Below, in pieces: positions 47,473 to 57,564 of a stretch of 64,000 bases of DNA. The stretch comes from Candidatus Bathyarchaeia archaeon (lineage in GTDB: Archaea; Thermoproteota; Bathyarchaeia; Bathyarchaeales; Bathycorpusculaceae). A model generated the notes under the pieces. It was not told the DNA's origin. It did not search any database and saw only the letters and a list, made by a program, of their open reading frames with translations. Location: positions 96,001-160,000 of the forward strand of contig JBEKTQ010000002.1 in the NCBI GenBank assembly GCA_049515895.1. Reading direction: 5' to 3'. The position numbers and the translations under genes were made by a program. Position 1 is the first letter of the stretch, and each line of letters opens with the position of its first letter.

Positions 47473-47773
47473 TTCAAACTGAAACATTTTGCGTTATCAA
47501 TTATAGGCTCTCTTTTATCCCTGCTTCATTTATAGCTGATCTACTACGTTCCACGACAAAACGGATTTTATTTACCACAATATAATTCTGCTTTGCCTAT
47601 TATACTCGTGCCACTGCTCCTTTCTCTCTTAAGCATAATTCTTTTTGCAGCCTCCAAAAATCAATTTTCTTAAGCAAGAAGCAGTTGCAAATATTATTTT
47701 AGTGTTAGGAATAATAATGTCTATTTTCTCCGGCATTCCTTAAGTTATTTTTGCTATATGGGTTTCCGAGTAA
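47473..47773 (+). pseudogene. Probable degraded small membrane-protein gene
   Basis: Three hydrophobic segments (FALSIIGSLLSLL; LPIILVPLLLSLLSIILFAAS; IILVLGIIMSIFSGIP) broken by TAG, a frameshift in an A5 run and TAA. Confidence 0.4.
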
Positions 47774-48121
47774 TTGAAGAATTTGCAGTAGCTGAAATGT
47801 TTGCAGTAAAAGCCGTTGCAAAGGATTCTTTCATTCTTCAGATTTACACGTGTAATTAGCTTGGACTTTTCTTCAAAGAATCCATCCGTTGAATGATGTG
47901 TCAGCAAAGTCCTAAAAGAATTGTACCAAAGCTTTTGTTCGAAGGATCCTGACCAGATTTCTATGTTTTTCAATTCTGCCGAGCCGAAATTCAAAACCAT
48001 CTCGAACGTCGGTTTCAACAATTTATCGCTATCTGTGTAGCCCGCAACGTAGGAAAATCTTAAAACCACATAAAACAAGAAATTAATCCTTGAAATGAAA
48101 AGGCGCGGCAGATAGGGAACA

Positions 48122-48859
48122 ATGGTACAGTACGGCAAATATGTAATTTATATGATGCATGATTACCCGTTGGTATATGAATTTCTAGGGCGAACAGCTG
48201 GTTCTGTGCTCGGAAGGAGGGCGCAAGGATGCGTGAAAACTGAGGAGTTAATAAGCGTTATTTCCAATGTTTTCGCTCCTTTGAAACCGTTAGGCTGGAC
48301 GATTAGCCTTCAACAAGTTAAGAGAGAAATTGTTACTCTGCTCGCAATAGTTCGAAAGAAAAATGTTCATTCTATGATGGAGATTGGTACTCGGAACGGT
48401 GGAACCCTCTTCCTTTTCAGTTGGACACTGCCTTCGGATGCAAAAATCATAAGTTTAGATTTGCCGAGTGCAGAGTCGCTCAAACGTGGGTACGACCGTT
48501 TCAAGACATCTTACTTATCCAGCTTCATACAAAAAGGACAACAATTGACTCTTTTGAGAGGTGATTCCCATCGCCCCTCAAGCCTTGCGAATGCAAAGTC
48601 TACTCTGAAGGGTGAAAAAGTGGACTTTCTTTTCATCGACGGTGACCACACTTACGAAGGGGTCAAAAAAGATTTTGAAATGTACAGCACGCTGGTGCGT
48701 AGAGGCGGCTTAATCGCGTTTCACGACATTTGCGGTCACGACGTAGGCATCAGCGAAGTTGATCGATTCTGGTACGAAATAAAAACCGGGTATGACCACT
48801 CAGAAATAATTGAAGATCAAAAACAGAATTGGGCCGGCATCGGATTACTCTACGTCTAA
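48122..48859 (+). CDS. Class I SAM-dependent methyltransferase (Methyltransf_24-like)
   Basis: MEIGTRNGGT, ISLDL, GDSH, DFLFIDGDHTYEGVKKDF, GGLIAFHD. Confidence 0.9.
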   Translation: MVQYGKYVIYMMHDYPLVYEFLGRTAGSVLGRRAQGCVKTEELISVISNVFAPLKPLGWTISLQQVKREIVTLLAIVRKKNVHSMMEIGTRNGGTLFLFSWTLPSDAKIISLDLPSAESLKRGYDRFKTSYLSSFIQKGQQLTLLRGDSHRPSSLANAKSTLKGEKVDFLFIDGDHTYEGVKKDFEMYSTLVRRGGLIAFHDICGHDVGISEVDRFWYEIKTGYDHSEIIEDQKQNWAGIGLLYV

Positions 48860-48973
48860 ATCGTTCACTTTGAAGCAACCCTCTGTTCCGATGCTTTGCA
48901 TTTTGGTTTTTTGCAACCAGCCGATTTCGTTTCACGCTGAATTGAATGTGAAAGCTGTTTACTGGCTGATTTT

Positions 48974-50029
48974 CTAGAACAGGGAGTAGGGGTATCGCAG
49001 GTTAGATTGGTACAGTTTGCCTTTTATGGGGATTTGTTGTCCGCAGACTGGGCATCGCATGTCGCTGGTCAGTTTCCACTGGATTATGTCGAAGCCGTCG
49101 CGCTTGATTATTGCTTCGTTACAATTCGGGCAATAAGTGTTTTCGGACGGGTGCCCAGGAATATTTCCAACATAAACGTAGTTTAACCCCGCGTGTTTAG
49201 CGGTCATGTAAGCTTTCTCCATGTCTTGGATGTTTGTCGCTGGGATTGTAGTTAGCTTGTAGTCAGGGTGGAAACGTAGAAGATGGAACGGCGTGTCGGC
49301 CCCCAAATAATCCTTAATCCAAGTTGCCATTTCCAGGATTTTACCCATGGAATCACCCATTTTCGGCACAACTAGATTGGTGATTTCTATGTGGACTCCG
49401 CCAAGTTTGAGTTCTTTTAGCGTTTCATAGATGTGCTCGACGTTTGGCACAGACATAACTGATTTGTAGAAGTCTGGGTCGCCTCCGCCTTTGAAATCAA
49501 CTGTTGCGGCATCCAAGAATGGGGCGATAGTTTTTACTGCCTCCGGAGTCATGTAGCCGTTGGTGACAAAAGTGTTGAACAAGCCGGCTTCACGTGCCAA
49601 CTTCGCGGTGTCGTAGGCGTACTCCATGAAGATGGTTGGCTCCGTGTAGGTGAAGCTTATTCCTTGGCACTGGCTATCCAATGCGGCTTTAACTACTTCC
49701 TCGGGCGGAAACGGTCTTCCAGCGACTTCTTTATCTTGGCTTATCATCCAGTTATCGCAGAATTGGCAACGGAAATTGCAGCCTGCAGCAGCAACCGACA
49801 TTACGAGCGCGCCGGGGTTAAAATGCGACAGCGGCTTTTTGCTAATCGGGTCAACTCCAGCTGACACCGCTTTTCCATAATTAAGGGTGTAAAGTGTGCC
49901 GCCCTGATTTTTTCTTACTAAACAGAAGCCGGTTGAGTCCTGATTTATAAGACAACGTCTGGAACACAGGCAACATTTGACTTTGCCTTCCTCTTGCTTC
50001 TCATAAAGCATAGCCTCATGAAGTGACAT
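48974..50029 (-). CDS. amrS: AmmeMemoRadiSam system radical SAM enzyme
   Basis: VDPISKKPL.HF.PG, GCNFRCQFCDNW, TYTEP, VTNGY, LRFHPDY, YVYVGN, TYCPNC. Confidence 0.92.
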   Translation of the reverse strand: MSLHEAMLYEKQEEGKVKCCLCSRRCLINQDSTGFCLVRKNQGGTLYTLNYGKAVSAGVDPISKKPLSHFNPGALVMSVAAAGCNFRCQFCDNWMISQDKEVAGRPFPPEEVVKAALDSQCQGISFTYTEPTIFMEYAYDTAKLAREAGLFNTFVTNGYMTPEAVKTIAPFLDAATVDFKGGGDPDFYKSVMSVPNVEHIYETLKELKLGGVHIEITNLVVPKMGDSMGKILEMATWIKDYLGADTPFHLLRFHPDYKLTTIPATNIQDMEKAYMTAKHAGLNYVYVGNIPGHPSENTYCPNCNEAIIKRDGFDIIQWKLTSDMRCPVCGQQIPIKGKLYQSNLRYPYSLF

Positions 50030-50254
50030 TTTCTCCCACTTAATCCTCATAAAGAATAGAAGGGTCTTTTCTTAAAAGCATTAACTACAAGGGCTTGCTA
50101 TGGGGTTTTATGAAACTAAAAATGCCTTTCCTCCACTAAGCGTTATTCTGGAGTTAGTTTCGGGCAAGTAAGTCGCAATTTCATTTACTGTGAACCTTAA
50201 GAATGCACGGACAATTGATTTAGGAAAGAGTTTACCCTTCCTGCAACCCCCATT

Positions 50255-50590
50255 TCATAACATCTTATTATAGAAGCAGGTCGGTGCGCCCGTATGACAT
50301 ACAACGCCTTTCTGCTCCACCACATACAGGATTGCATCGTAATCGCAGTCAGCTGAAACGGAAACGATTTTTTGTGTGTTCCCTGAGGTTTCGCCTTTGA
50401 CCCAAAGTTCGTTTCGGGAGCGGCTCCAGTAAGTGGCTTTACCCGTGTTCAGCGTATTTTCAACGGCTTGCCTGTTCGCGTAAGCCAGCATGAGCGTTTC
50501 TTTAGTTTTCGCATCTTGCACCACGACTGGGATGAGCCCGTTGCCTTTCTTGAAATCCAACTTATCTATCAACTCAGAATTTGTTGTCAT
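50255..50590 (-). CDS. hisI: Phosphoribosyl-AMP cyclohydrolase (monofunctional)
   Basis: [30 protein letters not shown]. Confidence 0.95.
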   Translation of the reverse strand: MTTNSELIDKLDFKKGNGLIPVVVQDAKTKETLMLAYANRQAVENTLNTGKATYWSRSRNELWVKGETSGNTQKIVSVSADCDYDAILYVVEQKGVVCHTGAPTCFYNKML

Positions 50591-51390
50591 TGTCTAATAA
50601 TCACCCCCGCCCTGCGCAGGTAGTCCTTCACTACTGGAACAGGGTACTGGTTATAGTGAAAAATCGAAGCTGCTAACGCGGCGTCCGCCTTTCCTTCAGT
50701 GAAAACTTCAAGAAGGTGCTGAGGTGTTCCAGCGCCGCCGCTTGCGATGATTGGAACGTTGACGCGTTCTGAGATTGCCCGGGTTAACTCGATGTCATAA
50801 CCGTCTTTTGTACCGTCTCTGTCCATGGAAGTCACAAGGAACTCGCCTGCACCAAGCTTTTCTGCTTGCAACGCCCACGCTATAGCGTCGATTCCCGTGG
50901 GCTTTCGGCCTCCGTAAGTGACAACTTCAAACCATACCTTGCCTTCGCCTGTGTCAACCAAGATTTTGCCGTCGCCTGACGTGCGGTTCCTTCTTGCATC
51001 TATTGCGGTGACTACGCATTGTCTGCCGAAAACGTCAGCTAACTCGGCGATTAATTTTGGGTTTTCGACGGCGGCGGTGTTAACTGAAACCTTGTCGGCG
51101 CCGCTACACAAGACAAGCCTGGCGTCTGAGACATTGCGTATTCCGCCGCCAACGGTAAATGGGATGCTAATGGCTTTGGCCACACCTTCGACAACCCCGC
51201 GCAAAATATCGCGTTTCTCGGAGGACGCCGTTATGTCAAGGAAAACCAGTTCATCCGCACCGTCATCAGAGTAGCGTTTTGCCATCTCAACAGGGTCGCC
51301 CGCGCGCTTTGGGTTGAGGAAGTTTATGCATTTCACTACTTTTCCGTGGTCAACATCAAGGCAGGGGACGATGCGTTTGGCTAACGGCAT
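50587..51390 (-). CDS. hisF: Imidazole glycerol phosphate synthase cyclase subunit
   Basis: [31 protein letters not shown]. Confidence 0.96.
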   Translation of the reverse strand: MPLAKRIVPCLDVDHGKVVKCINFLNPKRAGDPVEMAKRYSDDGADELVFLDITASSEKRDILRGVVEGVAKAISIPFTVGGGIRNVSDARLVLCSGADKVSVNTAAVENPKLIAELADVFGRQCVVTAIDARRNRTSGDGKILVDTGEGKVWFEVVTYGGRKPTGIDAIAWALQAEKLGAGEFLVTSMDRDGTKDGYDIELTRAISERVNVPIIASGGAGTPQHLLEVFTEGKADAALAASIFHYNQYPVPVVKDYLRRAGVIIRQ

Positions 51391-51393
51391 TTT

Positions 51394-52119
51394 TTAGGCT
51401 CCTATTTTGCTTATGGCTTCTCTTAGAGTGAATCTGCCTTCATAAAGGGCTTTCCCGATGACTGCGCCTTCTACCCCGATGTCTTTGAGAGCGGCCAAAT
51501 CGCCTAGGGTGCCGATTCCGCCTGCCGCAATGATTTTGGTGTTGGGGTACTGTGTGGCTTGGCTGAGCGTTTGCAAGTCCGGACCGTTGAGCATGCCGTC
51601 TTGGGCAATTGAAGTTATAAGAAAATGCCAAACACCGATAGAGATGTATTTTTCAAGTGCTTCGTCTACGGTCATGGCCGTTGCTGTTTTCCAACCCTCA
51701 ACCATGATCTGTCCTTCCTTATTGTCTAAGGCAACGATAACTGAATCAGCGCCAAATCGTTTCCGGATTTTGCTTATGGCCGAAGGGTCACTGAAGGCTA
51801 AGGCGCCAAGGATTACTTGGGTTATTCCCGTTTGGAAAAGTTTTTCTGCTGTCTCATAGCTGCGTATTCCGCCGCCGACTTGAATGGGTAACTTGACATT
51901 TTTTGCAACTTCGGCGATAACGTCTTGGTTATTGCCAAGCCCGAAGGCTGCATCCAAATCGATAATATGCAACTTACTCGCGCCTTCATCCCTCCAACGT
52001 TCCGCGGCTTCAACTGGTGTTCCGAATTTGGCTCCATAGAACTTGGCGGTTTTCACTTCGCCTCGTGTAAGACGGACTATTTTACCATTCATCAAATCTA
52101 TCGCTGGAATCAATTGCAA
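51394..52119 (-). CDS. hisA: ProFAR isomerase
   Basis: IPAIDL, HIIDLD, QVGGGIR, AAGGI, IGKALY. Confidence 0.95.
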   Translation of the reverse strand: MQLIPAIDLMNGKIVRLTRGEVKTAKFYGAKFGTPVEAAERWRDEGASKLHIIDLDAAFGLGNNQDVIAEVAKNVKLPIQVGGGIRSYETAEKLFQTGITQVILGALAFSDPSAISKIRKRFGADSVIVALDNKEGQIMVEGWKTATAMTVDEALEKYISIGVWHFLITSIAQDGMLNGPDLQTLSQATQYPNTKIIAAGGIGTLGDLAALKDIGVEGAVIGKALYEGRFTLREAISKIGA

Positions 52120-52125
52120 AATTAC

Positions 52126-52731
52126 TCACCTTACCACGGTTTTGGCGAAGTTTTTGAGGATTTTCAAGCCGATGTCGCCTGATTTTTCTGGATGAAATTG
52201 GGTTCCGTAAACGTTTTTGCTGGCTATTGCTGAAGTGAATGTTGTGCCATACTCGGTTTGCGTCACAACTATGTTTTTGTCCGCTGGCATAGGGTAGAGT
52301 GAGTGCACGAAATAGACGTACGAACCCTCTGCTACGCCGTCGAAAAGCTCGTTTTGCTTCACAATGTTCAGTGTATTCCAGCCCATGTGCGGCACCTTAA
52401 CTGTCCGGGGCAATTGAACCGTTTTACCCTTGAAGAGCGCAAGGCCTTTTCCAGGTCCTTCCTCACTTTTATCGAAGAAAAGCTGCAGGCCTAGGCAGAT
52501 ACCGATTAGCGGAGTCCCATCTTCAACCTTGCCTCTGAGGGTTTCTTTAACCGAGCCTAGTTCCATAGCTGCTGCTGTGAAGGCTCCGACTCCGGGCAAG
52601 GCGATGGCGTCAGCTTTGGCTAATTCTTTCGCTGATGTACCGATTGCTGCTTCTAAGCCTGCTTTTTCCAGCGCTATTTTTAGGCTGAGTAAGTTGCCGA
52701 CACCATAGTCGAATATTACTGCTTTCGCCAC
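52126..52731 (-). CDS. hisH: Imidazole glycerol phosphate synthase glutaminase subunit
   Basis: DYGVGN, LPGVGAF, GICLG, PHMGWN, QFHPEKS. Confidence 0.96.
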   Translation of the reverse strand: MAKAVIFDYGVGNLLSLKIALEKAGLEAAIGTSAKELAKADAIALPGVGAFTAAAMELGSVKETLRGKVEDGTPLIGICLGLQLFFDKSEEGPGKGLALFKGKTVQLPRTVKVPHMGWNTLNIVKQNELFDGVAEGSYVYFVHSLYPMPADKNIVVTQTEYGTTFTSAIASKNVYGTQFHPEKSGDIGLKILKNFAKTVVR

Positions 52732-52733
52732 GC

Positions 52734-53312
52734 TTAGATGACTCCTTTTGAGCTTGGCACGCCTTTGCGTCTGGGGTCCAATGCTATTGCCTGTCGAAGT
52801 GATAGGGCGAGAGCTTTGGTGGCTGCCTCTGCCTTGTGGTGATCGTTGCTGCCGTATTCGACGTAGACGTGGACGTTTGACCCAAGTGAGGTAGCGAATG
52901 ATTCGAAGAAGTGGTTAATGTCTTCCGTCGGCATGTTCTCCACTTTTTTGCCTTTCAGTTTTAAGTCAACCTTGAAGTAGGGTCGCTTTACAAGGTCCAC
53001 AGCAGCAAACGCCAAGGAGCAATCCATCGGCGCTGCCGCACTACCGAAACGTACGATGCCTTCTCGCGCGCCCAACGCTTTGTTTAGAGCTTCGCCGAGG
53101 CCTAAAGCTAAGTCTTCAACGCAGTGATGCACCAAATCGCCTTTCACCGACGCAGTTATGTCGATTAAACTGTGCGTGGCAAGAGAAGTCAAAATGTGAT
53201 CAAGGAACGGCACGCCGGTGGCTACGCACGCTTTCCCTTCTCCATCAAGATTCACCTTCACTTGAACATCAGTTTCTTTTGTTTTTCGGTAAACTTCTTC
53301 TGTCCTCATCAT
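52734..53312 (-). CDS. hisB: Imidazoleglycerol-phosphate dehydratase
   Basis: RKTKETD, FLDH, HHCVED, NDHHKAE, PSSKG. Confidence 0.95.
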   Translation of the reverse strand: MMRTEEVYRKTKETDVQVKVNLDGEGKACVATGVPFLDHILTSLATHSLIDITASVKGDLVHHCVEDLALGLGEALNKALGAREGIVRFGSAAAPMDCSLAFAAVDLVKRPYFKVDLKLKGKKVENMPTEDINHFFESFATSLGSNVHVYVEYGSNDHHKAEAATKALALSLRQAIALDPRRKGVPSSKGVI

Positions 53313-54430
53313 TAATCACTTTGAATCTCCTTTAGGGCTGCAACCAGTCTAGCGTTCATTTCTGGCAAGCCCACTGTGACCCTGAAGCAATTCTCGTACT
53401 GCAGGATTTTGCCCCATTTCTTGAGCATAATCCCTTTTTTTAACAGCTTCTGGTTAACTTTGTCAGCATCCATTTGAGTGTTAACCAGCAGGAAGTTGGC
53501 TTGCGACTCGAACGCTTGCACCCCTTCTATTTCATTCAGTGACTTTATCAGTTTTTTCCGCTCCCTCAATAGCGCATCCACGGATTTTTTCATTAAATCC
53601 GCGTTATCCAGCATTTTTCCACCCATCCGCAGCGTGAAACCGCTGACTGGGTAAGGCAACGGAGATTTTTCCGTAAGAATCTTCGCCAACATGGGGTTTG
53701 CAACTGCGTAGCCAAGTCGAAGGGCGGCTATCCCAAAGGCTTTGGAGAACGTTCGCAGAATAATCAGATTCTGAAACTCTTTGATTCGGGGCACGAAAGA
53801 GTAACTGGCGAATTCCGCGTAAGCCTCATCTAAGATCACGATTCCTGGAAAGGCTTTAACTAAGGTTTCAACGTCTCCCATCTTGAACTGGGTCGACGTC
53901 GGATTATTAGGTGAGCAAAGGTAAAGCAGCCTTGTTTTATCTGAAAAGCTGTCGAGCATGGCTTTAACGTCGAGCTGCAGGTCTTTCTTAAGGGGGATTG
54001 CTAAGAATTCGGCTTCTTGTCTTTTGATGCACAGCCTCGGAATGCTAAAGGTCGGCGAAAAAGAAACTGCTACTTCACCTTTTCCTATGAAGAGTCGTAC
54101 TATTCGGTCGATTAATTCGTCGCTTCCATTACCGACGACGAGGCAGTTTCCCGGCGCTCCAATGTAACCTGTGAGTTTGGAAAGAAACTTCGGAACCTCA
54201 TCCTCAGGGTACAAACGCAAATCAAATTCGTCAGCAAGGTTCTTTAGAAGTTCCGTCTGCTTTGCTTTGTTTACAAAGAGGTTTTCGTTAAAGTTCAGCT
54301 TCACAATATCTTCGGGTTTGACGCCTATCTGCTTCGCTACGGTCTCAGGTGTAGCTCCGGCTGAATAGCAGTCTATTGTTTGGAGCCTCGCAAGCTTATC
54401 TTTTAACCATCTTCTATATGTCGCGCTCAT
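53312..54430 (-). CDS. hisC: Histidinol-phosphate aminotransferase
   Basis: KLNFNEN, GNGSDE, CSPNNPT, DEAY, RTFSKAFG. Confidence 0.95.
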   Translation of the reverse strand: MSATYRRWLKDKLARLQTIDCYSAGATPETVAKQIGVKPEDIVKLNFNENLFVNKAKQTELLKNLADEFDLRLYPEDEVPKFLSKLTGYIGAPGNCLVVGNGSDELIDRIVRLFIGKGEVAVSFSPTFSIPRLCIKRQEAEFLAIPLKKDLQLDVKAMLDSFSDKTRLLYLCSPNNPTSTQFKMGDVETLVKAFPGIVILDEAYAEFASYSFVPRIKEFQNLIILRTFSKAFGIAALRLGYAVANPMLAKILTEKSPLPYPVSGFTLRMGGKMLDNADLMKKSVDALLRERKKLIKSLNEIEGVQAFESQANFLLVNTQMDADKVNQKLLKKGIMLKKWGKILQYENCFRVTVGLPEMNARLVAALKEIQSD

Positions 54431-55728
54431 TTCTCGAACCTTGCCTCTATCGCTTTATAGTGATTCGGAAGGTTCTCAGCCTCCGCCATAACTTTAACGC
54501 TGTCTTTTATTCTTTCTAGACCTGTTCTTGAGCTTTCAACTATGCTCACTCTTCGCATAAAGTCCAAAACGGATAAGGCTGAAAATGATTGGGCGAAGCC
54601 TCCTGTCGGTAGAACGTGGTTGGTTCCGCTGCCGTAATCGCTCAGTGCGACTGGGCTGTATGGACCCAATAGTATCAGGCCAGCGGTCAGTTTCTCTGCA
54701 ATCTCATTGGGCTTAGTAGTCATGACTTCCAAGTGTTCAGGAGCAAATTGATTGACTAATTTGATTGCCTCTTCCATGCTTCTGCAGACTATTATGAAGC
54801 CGTATTTGGCTAGTGCCTCTGAGACTTTTTCGCCTCTTTCTGCTGAAGCAGAAATGGTTGACAAATTCTCTTGAACTTGCAAAGCAACCTTTTCGGAAGT
54901 TGTTATGAGTCCAGCGACGCTGTCTCCACCATGTTCAGCCTGTGAAACCATGTCAAAAGCAATTAGCCTTGCATCGGCAGACTCATCTGCTAAAACTAGC
55001 ACTTCACTTGGGCCAGCAGGCATGTCAATCGCGACATCGGTCGAGACCAGAACTTTCGCCGCCGTCACGTATTTGCTGCCTGGACCAACAATTTTTCGTA
55101 CAGGCTTTATGGTTTTTGTTCCGTAAGCCAAAGCGGCTATGGCTTGAGCTCCACCAACCTTGTATATCTCATCGACTCCGCAAATGTCAGCGGCGACAAG
55201 AACGAGAGGGTTAACTTTGCCCCTTGCGTCTGATGGTGTGCAAACGACAATCCTTGGGACGCCTGCTACTTTGGCTGGAACTGTCGTCATGATAAGCGTG
55301 CTTGGGTAGGCGGCTTGTCCTCCTGGAACGTAGCAGCCGACACTTTCAATGGGACGCGTAACAGTGTGAACCAAAATGCCATCGTTGGAGGTCTTGATTT
55401 CGGCTTGGGGAAGCAACTGCTTTTGGAAATCGTTGACTCTTTCTTTTATCAATTTTATGGCGCAGACTTGTTCAAGGCTAGTTCTGTTGTAAGCTTCCTT
55501 GATTTCTTCCCGCTTGACTTTGAGGTCTCGCAGTGTTAGCTCAGCTTTGTCAAATTTAAGTGCAAACTCAACCAGAGCGTAATTCCCATTTTCTTTAACT
55601 TGTTTTATGATAGCTTTAACACTATTTTCGATATCTTGAACTGTTTGTTCGTCCGCTTTCTGGCGTTTAAACCAGTCTGCTGGCAACGAGTCTGTTTTCC
55701 AGATTCTCACTTGGCTTTGCCTTTGCAC
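54427..55728 (-). CDS. hisD: Histidinol dehydrogenase
   Basis: YVPGG, GGAQAIAALAYG, IDMPAGPSE, QAEH, APEHLE, GTNHVLPT. Confidence 0.96.
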   Translation of the reverse strand: MQRQSQVRIWKTDSLPADWFKRQKADEQTVQDIENSVKAIIKQVKENGNYALVEFALKFDKAELTLRDLKVKREEIKEAYNRTSLEQVCAIKLIKERVNDFQKQLLPQAEIKTSNDGILVHTVTRPIESVGCYVPGGQAAYPSTLIMTTVPAKVAGVPRIVVCTPSDARGKVNPLVLVAADICGVDEIYKVGGAQAIAALAYGTKTIKPVRKIVGPGSKYVTAAKVLVSTDVAIDMPAGPSEVLVLADESADARLIAFDMVSQAEHGGDSVAGLITTSEKVALQVQENLSTISASAERGEKVSEALAKYGFIIVCRSMEEAIKLVNQFAPEHLEVMTTKPNEIAEKLTAGLILLGPYSPVALSDYGSGTNHVLPTGGFAQSFSALSVLDFMRRVSIVESSRTGLERIKDSVKVMAEAENLPNHYKAIEARFEK

Positions 55729-56705
55729 GGGGTCTCCTCTCGCTTACCGATCTCATCTAACGCCAACACCTGTCGCGGTTCGTACACTACTAAACCTTGG
55801 GCCAGTTTGCGGATTTTTGGCAAGAGCTCAATTAAACAGTCTCTCTCGATAACAGTGTTGACGCTGACCCAAGCCTCATCCGCCAACGGGGAGATTGTCG
55901 GGTTCTTTAACGCTGGCAGCTCCGTCAGCAGCTTTTGCAGGTTTGCTTTTTTGACGTTAACGAATATGTGAATTCTCTTTGACCCATCCACTACGCCCTT
56001 GAGCAACGCTAATATATCGTGAATTTTTTCTCGTTTCTCGGGGTCTTCCATAGCTTTCTTGTTGGCGATAAGGATTGCCGAAGATCGCATGACGGTGTCT
56101 ATGATTCTCAGGTTGTTCGCTTCCATGGTAGTGCCTGTTTCCGTTACATCCAATATGGCGTCAGAGTTTTCCGGCGGTTTCGCCTCGGTGGCGCCAAAGG
56201 ACAGGAAGATTTTGGCTTTTGGGTTGTCGCCTTTTTTCCACCAGGGCGTGACAAGCATTGGGTCGGCGTTGCCGAAACGTTTCTTGTATTGCGATGTGCT
56301 TTTCAGATACTCGGAGGCTATGTTAAGGTATTCTGTGCTGATTCGGAAGTTTTTGCCTTTGCTCCAGATGGACTCCATGAAGTCGCCCATCGTAGCGTTT
56401 TCGCAAGTTTTTGGGACAGCTATTACGAGCCTGATTTTTCCGTATTCCAAGTTCAGTAGAACTTCAACTTCTGCGCGGTTTTCCTTTACCCAATCTTCTC
56501 CCGTTATGCCTAGATCCTGTAATCCTTCTCCGACAAAGACGGGGATTTCTTGGGGTCTGAGAACTTTTAGTTCTATTTGGGGGTCGTTTATGCTTGGGCG
56601 GTATGTTCGTTCTGTTCCGCCGATTTTAAAGCCTGATTTAGAGAAGAATTCCGCTGTAGCTTTTTCTAGAGAGCCTTTCGGGATGGCGAATCTTATTTTA
56701 TCCAT
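55707..56705 (-). CDS. hisG: ATP phosphoribosyltransferase, long form with C-terminal regulatory domain
   Basis: AIPKGSL, DLGITGED, GATE, DVTETGTT, PTISPL; internal insertion around PMLVTPWW. Confidence 0.95.
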   Translation of the reverse strand: MDKIRFAIPKGSLEKATAEFFSKSGFKIGGTERTYRPSINDPQIELKVLRPQEIPVFVGEGLQDLGITGEDWVKENRAEVEVLLNLEYGKIRLVIAVPKTCENATMGDFMESIWSKGKNFRISTEYLNIASEYLKSTSQYKKRFGNADPMLVTPWWKKGDNPKAKIFLSFGATEAKPPENSDAILDVTETGTTMEANNLRIIDTVMRSSAILIANKKAMEDPEKREKIHDILALLKGVVDGSKRIHIFVNVKKANLQKLLTELPALKNPTISPLADEAWVSVNTVIERDCLIELLPKIRKLAQGLVVYEPRQVLALDEIGKREETPCKGKAK

Positions 56706-56811
56706 AATTTTTCACCTAAATTTTTAGAGAAACCACTAAGGGTTTTTTGCTTTGACAAAACGGTACTTCGAAGGAGTGCGCCTGGCATCAAGTGGATTTT
56801 CGTCTTTGAAG

Positions 56812-56916
56812 TTACACAGTTTGGATTGCTCTTAATGAACGCAATCGCCTTGAATGAACGCAATCCCTCATCATATACCACTGAGAGACACCTGAATGCC
56901 GTGTCTTCCTAATAAA
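56812..56916 (-). promoter_or_regulatory. Putative his operon promoter and structured leader (TATA-like box, inverted repeat, 13-bp direct repeat, 20-codon uORF)
   Basis: TTTATTA 56916-56910; AGACAC-N9-GTGTCT 56886-56906; AATGAACGCAATC at 56834 and 56853; uORF 56874-56812. Confidence 0.55.
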
Positions 56917-56955
56917 TCGTATCCTAATATTTAACTTGTCCAAAAGACAAAGCTA

Positions 56956-57564
56956 CTAAACCAAAGGCTGCTTATGCTTTTTTATTTCGAAAACTAGCGG
57001 TGGCACAGAGTTTCTTGTTTCCAACTCGACTCGGAGTAGTCCTTCCATTATGCCTCTCCAAATTTCGCATTCGTTAATGAACGGTGTTTTGAGAAGCAGA
57101 AACTTATCCTTCAAATAGAAATCTCCGAAGCCTTGGGCTTTCAGCCGTTCAAAGACTTTTTCCCAATTTGCCTGTTCACTTGACTCAACACCAAGCGTTG
57201 AATCAATTGAAACGTTAAGGGCGTCCCCCATTTTTTTTCCTAAATCATGCCATTGTTCTTTGGGTATCTGCTGGGTCAGGAGGTTGAACAATTCAACGTT
57301 TACAAGGGCCATTCGGCTTATTCCACAGTAATATTCTCCTGGAAAGTGCCAATCGTAAATCGTCAGGCTCCTGTAGATGTAGAGCATTTTGGAAATTAGC
57401 GGTTTAATTCCTGGCTCTTTCCCCTCCGCAATTAATGATTCAATGAATTCACGTTCGCTACTCTCAAGAATAATTGTTGTTCTCTTTGCTTCGGTACTTT
57501 TCTGTTTGGGCAACGCATGTAGTACTCGACTGCTTTCTTGCATACAGGCTATTTCAACGAGCAT
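56956..57564 (-). CDS. Hypothetical protein, possible ribbon-helix-helix plus V4R-like regulator
   Basis: RTTIILESSEREFIESLI (RHH-like); LGKKMG...QGFGDF...GIMEGLL (V4R-like). Confidence 0.65.
   Translation of the reverse strand: MLVEIACMQESSRVLHALPKQKSTEAKRTTIILESSEREFIESLIAEGKEPGIKPLISKMLYIYRSLTIYDWHFPGEYYCGISRMALVNVELFNLLTQQIPKEQWHDLGKKMGDALNVSIDSTLGVESSEQANWEKVFERLKAQGFGDFYLKDKFLLLKTPFINECEIWRGIMEGLLRVELETRNSVPPLVFEIKKHKQPLV

Noticed and set aside
47740-48138. 132-aa minus-strand ORF
   Set aside because: No motif or SD; overlaps the methyltransferase start and a probable pseudogene; likely spurious
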